Shown here piece after piece: positions 53,701 through 64,000 of a DNA stretch of 64,000 nucleotides. The translations under genes were made by a program, and so were the position numbers. Numbering within the stretch: position 1 is the stretch's first letter; each line of letters starts with the position of its first letter. Below the pieces are notes generated by a model, which worked only from the letters and a program-made list of their open reading frames with translations, searched no databases and was not told the origin of the DNA. The stretch covers positions 5,456,001-5,520,000 of the forward strand of contig JAQFVV010000005.1 of assembly GCA_028023455.1 (NCBI GenBank). Reading direction: 5' to 3'. This DNA comes from Epiperipatus broadwayi. Its lineage: Eukaryota > Animalia > Onychophora.

Positions 53701-56329
53701 TAGAATCTTCAATTCTCTTTTCATTATATATATATTATTTACATATAATTTACTATATATTAGGCAAAACTTTCAGAAAATACTTTTCAAGTTAGGTTTC
53801 ACGTCTAAGTCAATTAAAAAATAAAACATCACGCGCGAACACACACACACAAACGATCTCAGCATTTTGAAAATATGCCAAATTATAAATAAATAAATCA
53901 TGATTACAGAAAAATTAAGAATTTTAGTGATAAATTATCTAAACTAATATTTGATTGTGAAAATAAAAAAAACATTGGAAAAATCAAATGTGTAACATAA
54001 ATTTCGCTGTACAAAAGAATTTGTCTTAAGGGAAAGGTAAGGAAGATTAAGTGTCACTGTGGACAATGATTTAACTATGGATAGTAGTCTGTGTGCTTTT
54101 TTTAGCTTATAAAAGATGTTCCTGTATTCGATTGATATAAAAAATATATAATAGCTTTTATCATAATGCTTATCTAAAAATAAATTTTCTCAGGGTAATT
54201 ATAACATTAATGTATTTTTAAAATATGATACAACAATCAAATGAATGTTAAATTTTGCTGTAGTTTCATTAAGCAAGTTAACAGTTACATATATTAAAGT
54301 AATAATTATAAATTATTCAATTCATTAGCTATTTATATGTTATAATTAATGTTTTGTATGTCAATCAAAGATTTATGCATTTATCTATTTTTCACTAAGA
54401 GATCAGATCATTAACTATTTAGTAGGCAGAAATTGTTAGTATTAGTTCAAGAAATTGAAAATGTAATATGAAAAAAGAAAGAAAGCATGGCAAAGACACA
54501 GATTGTGTGTTGATGTGACTATATTTTCATACTTCAAATATATGAAAAGCAATTCTGGTATTTTTTGTTTTTTCAATAAACAAATATGTATAAAAATGTA
54601 AGTATAAATGTTTTATGTTTTTGCCTTTTATATTTTTTTATGGTGTTAGGATAGCTATATTCATTTATAAGTGATTGCTAATGATGATCATGAGATTTTT
54701 AATTTAAAAATCAGTTAATTGCTAATGATCAAAAAGTGTTTCTTTTTATATATTAAAACCCTGAATATTGATATTTATTGAGAACATATTTTTCTTTTTT
54801 AAATCATTTGGTATATTTTCAATAGAAATATATCAAAGTCATTGCACTATGTAGATTAGTGGGGTGGCAGAGTGACAGTCTTGATGCTGAAAATTCCTGG
54901 ATCAAACTTATCGGTTTTGGTGCTCAAATGTTTTTAAGTGCTTTAATTAAAGTTGTACCATTTCTGATATCAAACAACTAATATGTATATATTTTCAAAA
55001 AATACAAATATCTAGTATGCTATTATGAATAATTATAAACATTTTTACCCTCTGCATAGAGAATCCAATAGAATAAGTTTTCTTTCACAACAAATTTACA
55101 AGATAATGTTCCTTATAGAACTTGTGAAAAAATCATCACAACGTTTTCTAATTCATGAAAACTTACTAAATGTAACTATTTCATGGCAAATTTTAAAATA
55201 TGATAGCCATTTTCTATTAATTTGAGCAATCACTGAAACTGAAATTTTGATTTTAATTTTATTATACATTAGTCAATAAGCATATTATTTACAATAGTAA
55301 ATAATAACAATAGATAGTTTTAAACAAAGAAAATCATTTATATTTTTAATAAATATTCAATTAAATAATTAATATATATAAATATTTTTAGACATGAATG
55401 ACAAATTGCTATTTTTGTTTTAATCAAAAGAATAAGTCTGCAAACTTCTATCTTCTTTAACAGAAAAACGAATCTTATTTCAATGGCTAGTGAAGTAGAA
55501 AAAAAAAGAAAGGAAAGGTTAGCAGATTGCTCATACATCATAGTAAATGATATTTTAACCTCATCTTTTAATAAACTCTATTTCTAGAAAGTCGAATAAA
55601 TAAATATTAATTAAATTACAGCTCACAAAATAAGTTTTTTATATTAAACTTTTTTTTTTTTCAGTATGTATAAAAATTGTCAGACATTGTTTGTAGCAGT
55701 TTCCATGTTTTAATGTGAATGTTTAAAATCTAAAATAATATTAAAATTAACAAATATACATTTTTAACATATACTCTCATACTTATGACACAATTTAAAA
55801 ATTATATTCCCTATGTCATTAACAAAAACATTTTAAAAAGAGAGAAGGCTCTCAGGGAATTGACTGAATGTGCCTGGGTACACAATGCAACAAAATGTCT
55901 GAGATGTAATTCATGATGCCAGTGATAAAGACGGCATACTTAAAATTCATAATTTTCTTTTTTTTTTTCAAGCTGGGAGTAGTGAGCCTGTGGACAGGAA
56001 TGGATTAAATGTTTTATATACTTTTAAAAAATATATATAGTTTTAAAAAAATATAGAGATATACTGTGTATCACAAGATATAAAAATAGATGCCCAATTA
56101 TGTTATAGTGCAATTACAACTAAATATTATTATTTTTATAGAAATTTACCCCAATCGCATCACATAATTTAAAAAAAGGATTCTAGCCCTAATAATCATA
56201 AAAAAATAATTATTTATAAAGATTAAATTATAAGGAATTTCAACACAGACATTCAAGCTCCCTTCAACTACCCATTCTAATTCATACAACTGATGCACAT
56301 GACCACACACATGTGAAAAAGATAAATTC

Positions 56330-56382
56330 TCCCCAATGTATGTATTTAATGCTGAACCAGCACTCATCAATTGGTCCAGATC
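56330..56382 (-). ncRNA. Family B hammerhead, mutated core
   Basis: GATCTGGACCAA-TTGATGA-GTGCTG-GTT-CAGCAT-TAAA-TACATACA-TTGG. Confidence 0.72.
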
Positions 56383-56918
56383 ATCATCTTCCACCCACAC
56401 ACATATATAATCAATGTTTAGTTTTTATTATGGTAAAAAATCTTCAAAATTTAATGGTCAGGCTACAATCTACTCCAACCTCCAACTCTTCAGCCATCTA
56501 TACCATTGAAAATCTGATGATGGAATGCACAAATCCCTTGTTGATGCCAATGTATTGTCATGCCCATGTTGACCTCATCACACTGACGTCTCAAGTATAG
56601 GACCTTGTCCATTCAAATCCCCTATAATTACATCTAAACTCCAACTATATAAATTATACTTGTATTCAAATATTACAGATTCAGCCTGTATCCTGCCCAT
56701 CCCTCCTCTATGTATTTAAATGGACATGGTCCTATACATGAGAGATCAGAGTGACTTCAACAAAGAATTTTGGGCATTCCATCATCAGATTTTCAATGGT
56801 ATGGATGGCTGAAGAGATGGAGGGTGGGATAGATTAAAGCTTGTCCATTAAAGTTTGAAAATGTGCTATTTTAATATAAACCTAGCTCTGATTATATATG
56901 TGTGTGTGGAAGTTGATT

Positions 56919-56972
56919 ATCTAGACCAACTGATGATTGTTGATTCAGTATGAAATATGTATATTAGAGATC
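56919..56972 (+). ncRNA. Family B hammerhead, decayed stem II
   Basis: ATCTAGACCAA-CTGATGA-TTGTTG-ATT-CAGTAT-GAAA-TATGTATA-TTAG-AGATC. Confidence 0.72.
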
Positions 56973-59900
56973 ATTTATATTTTTCACGTGTGTGGTCATG
57001 GGTATGGGCTGTATGAGATAGAGTGGATAGCTGAAGAGAGCTTGAAAATCTGTGTTCAAATCTCCTATAACTACATCTAAACTCCAAATATATAAATTAT
57101 ACTTATATTCAAATATTAAAGATGAAATTACAAAATATATTTGAAAAAGGAAAAAAATAATTGAAAGAAAACTATTACCATAAGCTTACTGTTAATACTA
57201 ATTTCTTACTTACAAATTTAATTACAAGAGGGTTTTTTAAATTAATATTTATTTTACCATATGCTAAAATTCATAATTGCAACACATTCCATTCTTTTAT
57301 TAATAATAGTATTACATTATTTTCATGTATCACAATTTTAATTACATAAATTAATTCTCTCCTTTATTTTCTAACATTAATTTGACAAATGAGAGATTAT
57401 ATCATGTATAATAAAATGGCTAAACTTCCAGTTCATATATTAAACATTATCTTATTTGGATGAATAGGGTATGTTAAATAAACTTGCCCATGTCATAATT
57501 TTTATGATGAGTGAACAAATGTTAAAAATTGCTTCTAAATAATTATCAGAGATGATGTGGTAATAAATTTACTCATTACAGCCAGGAAAATGATTTTTCT
57601 GACCTGTCTTGTCTTTTATTTCTTCTTGCGGTGTTTACATTTAATATCACTAGAAAAAAACTAAGTGCTAATATAATGGTAATATTTTATCAAATGCTCA
57701 CTTCAAATATAAGATAAAATTACAATCTTATATTCTATTTATGTATTTTATTTGTCTAGTATTTGCATGTTAAAGACTGTAACTAAAGATATCCCTACTA
57801 ATAATTTTCAGATTATAGTTTATTTTTGCATATACATACAATATATTTACAATTTGGTTTCTAAACAAGCCTAATGAAGGGAATTAAAATATTTTTTATA
57901 CATTTATATAAAACACACGCTACCTCATAAAATACATTACTACTATTTGCGACACATAGCAAAGAGCATATGTGTGTGCATATTTATATATATAAACATA
58001 TACACAATTTAAAAACTCTAAATTGTTTTTTTACTAAGTTTAATATAAATGCAAGCAAATTATCAATGACAGTCAGTTTGAAGTGAACATATTATTTCAA
58101 ACTATTTGCTAATGCTCATTCTCATTTAAATATTTGCATTAGAATATAAATTTTTAGTCTATACTTATTTATGTGTATGCACATATGTAAATACACATTT
58201 ATGTAAAAAAAAAAAAAAATCTTTTTTGGTTTCTCCTTTTAAAGTATATGCATATACACATATAAAACTATACATTTTCATATAAATTGTTTTATTAATA
58301 CTCATTTACAGTATTTAATTTAAATCAATAATGAAAAACAAGTTATATACACGTTGCTACTAGTTTATAAATATCAGCTTATTAACAATCATTCTGACAT
58401 TAAATATATAGGCACACAGAGGTGTAGTATCATTCTCTATGCTTCTGCCCTCCCCCCTTCTCATTAAAGTATATAAAATTATTCAAATATAAACAATAAT
58501 TAATAAAGTACTTTTACTAGAACACAAAATTTAATTCTTTTACGTATAAAATATATGTAACTTGATGTAAGGACACATGAATGATTGTCGTTTTATTGCA
58601 TAAGTACAATGCTTATATGTTAAGTTAATCTATCTGTAGGCAGAAAATATATTGGATAGATTGTATGCATGTTCTCAGTATGAAGACAACTAGGTAATAG
58701 AGTATTATTACTATGTAAATTACACTTCATAGCGCTAATGATGGTAATTTGCTTGCAACATCTAATACAATTTAGAATTTCATATTTAAAGCTATTACAT
58801 AAATTTAATAAGCCCTTTGTATCATTAAACTGAATTGGTTGCTAAAATAAAATTCTCTATAAGAATAACAAAACTGGATAACCACTATTTATCCCACCAA
58901 AAAACACTTCAGTCGTAATCAAGCAGTTTATTACAGAGACACACATCTTTAGACAGAGACCTTTATTAGCGGAAAAAATTCTTGACACAAAATGTTTATA
59001 TATTCTTTAAACTTTAATTTTAAAATAAACTAAGTATTTCTATGTGTATAGATATTTTATGATGAGAGCCAGATATTATAAAAGGATCAATTTAATCATA
59101 AATAATTCATGTAAACATGAAAGACTATAAAGCATTTATTTTGTAATTGAGCCCCTGTAGGTGTGGTTTATGCTTCATTTAAAATAAATACCGATACACA
59201 TTTTTTTAAAAATCAATTCTTCCCAAGAGGGATATTTTATTTAAAAAAAAACAATTGAGAAAATGCGTACATATATATGTATAATAATAAAAACACATAC
59301 AAGCGTTTTCTTTCATAAAAATAATCATAACGCAGACACGCAAGACATATCTATTACAAAAAGATTTATTATAAGATGAAATGATTTAATGTACTAAAAG
59401 AAAAATAAGAAAAGTTTTTACTATGTGTTGCAAACATAATCCATTATTTTGTAATTCCTAAAGTCAAAAAAAAAAATCTAATTCTCTCTTAATTTATTGA
59501 TAAAAGAGTTTGCCATCATTTAAATGAACCAGAAAATTGAAGTGCAGACTTTGCAAATAAAATTCTCCTACTCTAATATAAATCTGTTTTAAACCTGCTA
59601 CATTAAAGAAATTTAAAAGTACTGTACATTAATTTATTACAAGGGACTGGAAAAGTTATTTTTTAAAAAACTGATCTTTTTGCTGCCCGGTTATTATTAT
59701 ACAAGATGTTTAACATATAAAATGTTAAGGCATAAAAACTAAGGGAATTTGAAAATTATATATATGAAAGAGAATTCACTTTATATATATAAATGGTTAA
59801 AATCAGTAATTTTTACAACTACATAACAATTCTCATAATATAAACTCCTGACAAATTACTGACAGCCCAAAGAGATAAAAAAAATAAGAAACAAATTCCT

Positions 59901-60989
59901 TATCATGAACATTATTATTACATTAAAATATATACTCACTTGTCTAGTAAGAAAATTAGCTTGCGTACAAAACGTTATAGTGATGAATTTCAAGTTATTG
60001 GCTTGGATAATATAAACAAAATATTGCTAAATATGTCCAACTTCCTTCATTGAATAAAGTCAATACTCAAAACTATTTAGGATATGGATATAGCATTATG
60101 ATTTAGTATCCATTCATTACAACAGACTAATAATAAATGGCACAGAAATAAATAAAAAAACTATTGTTTTTAATAGATTTCTATATATTTTGTATTTTTT
60201 TTTTAAAAAAGTGGAAATAAAAGAATGACAAAACAAATACATGGTTTGAATGCTCACAAGTTTTAAATCAGATTAAGCATAAAAATGCATTGTTAATCAT
60301 AAAAAGTATATAACTATAGAATATTACATTCTGCAGTAAAGTGTATTGGTATGGCTAATTTTTGATTATTGAAAGTAGATTTTAAAGTCCAATTGAAATA
60401 ACATGATTTTTATCATTAGAGTTGTCTACACAATATTGTCCATTTATCAAATCTTTGGTCGATATAATAAGATCTGCATCAGAAAATAATATCATCAGTC
60501 ATATTTTTAATTACACAACTAAAAATATATTTCCAAAAATAGATTGCTGTTACTAATAAACATAACAAATACTTAAAAATGTAAAAAGATAAAAAGTACA
60601 AGTAATCAAAATGTATATATAAATCTTCTGAACCATATTCTGTACAATTAATAGTAACATTTACATCTCTGGTAGTGAAAAGGAGTTGATTTCACAATTA
60701 AACAAGCCATCCTGGACAAACTTCCTAATAAAGAAATATCAAAATATCTTATTTCCATTTAATGTATGTACATTGGAGTCTGCTAAAATCAATCAATTGG
60801 TTCCAGAATCCTATTAATATTATATCATTGATTTGCTGTAGCTTACATTGAAATATATGTATTAAAGAATAATCTTTTCTATATCTATGGCCAAGACCAA
60901 AATTACCACTCAAAACAACTTTATAGACAGAAAAAAATCAAAAATATAAATATAAAATTAATACATATAAAAATCTTTAAAAAAACAAA

Positions 60990-61500
60990 CTAAAATGTAA
61001 ATTTCCATAGCCAAATGAAAATTTATAGATGGTTGCTTTCAGAACTTTCACTTTTTTACAAAATAACATTCAACAGTACCTTCATCTAAGCAAGCAGCCT
61101 CAACATGACTTACAATGCTATGAAATCCAGTTCTTTTCTTAAATACAGTCAACCATTCTATAAACTTTTCCACAAAAGCAGTATTTGTACCAAATAATAT
61201 AGCATAATTTTTTTCAAATAATTGCTTAACCTTGATATTATTGCCTAATATTTGTTTTTGATTAATTCACATTAGCAAAAAAGTTCCACTTGTTCCATAA
61301 TTTTATAATGTAAACTGCTCAAGCTGAAATATCTTTTTCATTATTTATACAGTTTTTAATTCATCTTTTTTAAAAATTGATTTAATAATATCATATTCAG
61401 AATTTAAATCACCAGTCATTTTACACCTTTAACTAACTTTTTTTTCATTTCAATAATCATCAATTTTTTGATACTGTTTTTCTGCCTCATGATTAATATT
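60990..61500 (-). mobile_element. pogo/Tigger (CENP-B-like) transposase remnant
   Basis: Minus strand EWLTVFKKRTGFHSIVSHVEAACLDEG matches the Tigger motif GWxxxFKxRxGxHxxxxHGEAASxD; MEQVELF upstream resembles the start of the HTH. Confidence 0.85.
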
Positions 61501-64000
61501 TGTATGCATATAAAAGGATTTTTTTAACAAACTAGTTAATTGAACAAATTGTAATAAACTATATGCAAATAACTTTAAAAACTATGATAATGATGCCTGA
61601 TGTTTTACTCAAAACTGAATAGCTATGAAAATGTTTCTATATTAGCCAAAAGCATGTTTTGTAACATTTATTGTTATTTCAGTCAATAACATTCATTGAT
61701 TTAATGATTCCATGCTTAGATTTCATCATTTATTAGACTTACATTTTAAATTTTTGTGGGGACATTAACATTATCATATTTTAAATTTGATTTTTATATC
61801 TCATGATTAAAGTTATTACTATATATAATATATACAAATATATATTCACATTTTTATTGTTAAGACAAAAAAAGAGTAACCAAATTAAATTGACAATTAA
61901 GTTTCCATATTTCTAATTCCACACATTTATTGAATTTTCATTTGATTGTTTTATTATTTTTACCTTCAGCATTATCAGATTTAAATTTGGTTTTGATGGT
62001 GTAGGACTAAAATCATTATAAATTACATATTTAGAAAAATACTTTTAAATAAAAATATTTTTATTACTAGAGAAATAAAAAGATAAGCAAATTAAACTGA
62101 TAATTTAATTTTACATGGCAAAGATATCTGTCATTCTAGTGTTCATTATATGACTTTACTTTTGTTCTATAAATCTTGATTTAGTAAGAAAGAATGTTTT
62201 ATTCTAATAGTTATTCATTCTGTATATAATTTAAACAGCTAATTCAATTACAAAAAAGTATGTAAGTTAGATTTTTTCACTTTTGAATGCAAACATGCCT
62301 TTCCTAATTTGAATATCAAACACCTTCATATCTATATATTAAGAAGGATTGATGTTTCCAACACCTAAATGACTATCCAGTTATGAATTAAAATTTGTGT
62401 AGAGTTATGTTAGTTGTCAGAACTTTTCTTTATATTGACATGAGTGTAATATTTAGTTACACACTTATTTGCAGTTTGATTAGCTGCTTTCATTATATAT
62501 ATATAGAGAGAGAAGCCATAAAGTCTGAAAACTGATATTGTTGGATTTTTTTTTTATGAATTAAAAATAATCTTAATAAAAGATTAATGCACAGAGATTG
62601 CCCAATCATTGATTATATCTAGAAACTAGCAAAACTCTTTTATACATGAAATGCCAAAAAAGTTTCCATTTCTTACAGTTTATAAAAATGGTTCAATAAT
62701 TCAATGATGCAGAAAAGGTGTTAGATAAAATTCATTGAAAAAATAATTCACTCTCTACAAAGTAAATGAAACAGAAAATGAAAGGTAAATATAATCAATC
62801 TAAAGATATTAACTTCTCAAATATCCACATGTTATATCGTGAACTATGCACTGTTAAGTAGAAAACACATTGAACATGCATATAAATAACATAAGTAAAC
62901 TATTTATTATCTGTATTAAAGCATATCTGCAATTTATACATGTTGTATAAAAGTTTGAGATCTTCATTGTTAAAAAAACAAGTCATTTTGCTGGCATAAT
63001 GTATTTATTTCTTAATTTTGATGATGTTGCAATTTTAAATACTGAGATACCAAAATAATTTACATCATGGAGTGGCAACTTGTAGCAAACTATTATCAAT
63101 GATAAACTTATCAATAGTATCCAAATACCTAGTTAACCAGTCTTGGTAAGATTTAACATGTCTAATTCATAAAATTATGTTTATCATATTATATTATTAG
63201 GTCACTTCAATCATACCCACAAATCAATTTGTAATTTGCCTCATTTATTGATTGTATATCACATTTAGATAAATATATTAAATATTATCTCTAATCCTTA
63301 TTAACTGCAAGATTATTATATCTTTTTTTAATTAAAGATTAGTATATATACTGCATTGTTAAATGCAATTTTGATATTAATTGAACTCCATCATCCATCT
63401 TTTCTTTTTTTCTTTTTATTTATGCATGATATTTTATAATTATACAAAACCTAGTTTCCACATACAGTTAATATAAAGATAGATATTTGAGAAAGACAAA
63501 TGTCTTAATGTATTTTTTGAAATTAAGTTTTGTAATGTTTATCATTCTCTATTCCCTACCCTTTTATTTATTTTTTGTTGTTATTAATTATACACCTAAA
63601 GATTTTTTTTTTTTTACTTTTATTTTGAAATCAGCAATTTTATATATAATCCACACAATAATAAAATATTAACTACACACACATATATTAAAATATATAC
63701 AGAACAGATTTGACTCCAATATTATTTATATATATTAAGTCATTTTAGACACTATATTTAATAAATAATCGCATTAATAGACAAAGCATGTTATGAAAAA
63801 ATAACTATGTTCTATAATCAGTGATTTGTTTAACTTAATGATAATGCAAGTTTTTAATATGTATTGCTGAATGAGAGAATTATAACTTTAAATAGCATCC
63901 GTTTCATTCCGGTTATACTATATTTAGATTCAAAGCTTATGTAATAATAAAAGGCGAAAATCAACCATCAATTCTAAATACGTGCAGAAGCCTATTAACA

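Larger units (their letters stand above)
56225..57118. mobile_element. Family B HHR element, head-to-head foldback with a duplicated end segment
   Basis: Minus arm ~56225-56617, plus arm ~56715-57070; segment 56613-56673 recurs at 57056-57118. Confidence 0.88.

Noticed and set aside
56146-56600. Track ORFs at 56146-56400 and 56313-56600 (also 17634-17840, 47136-47336)
   Set aside because: They overlap non-coding HHR elements, and the frames are not preserved between copies.
331-63672. Remaining short track ORFs of 60-110 aa
   Set aside because: Compositionally biased (F/I/L/K/N/Y-rich), without recognisable domains, as expected by chance in very AT-rich DNA.
1-64000. CRISPR arrays, rRNA or true tRNA genes, prokaryotic operons
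   Set aside because: None seen. Repeats are not regularly spaced, and the tRNA-like sequences carry SINE or PLE hallmarks.

Overview
Very AT-rich, CpG-depleted eukaryotic (probably invertebrate animal) non-coding DNA. I find no recognisable host protein-coding gene, and most track ORFs look spurious. Decayed transposons dominate. They include a near full-length Penelope-like element (RT + GIY-YIG, ~625-2960), a second foldback GIY-YIG fragment (~28180-28850), two L1/Tx1-type LINE 3' ends, a CR1/Jockey-type RT remnant, several ZMYM1-like hAT fragments, pogo/Tigger pieces and a short tRNA-derived SINE with target-site duplications. The main signal is about 14 minimal type I hammerhead ribozyme (HHR) motifs or remnants in three groups: family A (plus a diverged subfamily), family B, and the Penelope terminal repeat. 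Families A and B are non-coding, retrozyme-like elements. Family A shows a 441-nt HHR-to-HHR period and a circularly permuted copy with a 13-bp TSD. Family B shows a 443-nt end-to-end repeat. Both recur as head-to-head foldbacks. The Penelope terminal repeat carries a tRNA-like head in front of its HHR. Two CpG-retaining patches (~25.3-26.9 kb and ~44.2-45.35 kb) may be promoters; the second has an RFX X-box-like motif followed by ATG and a GTAAGT donor. All alignments were done by eye, so many coordinates are approximate.
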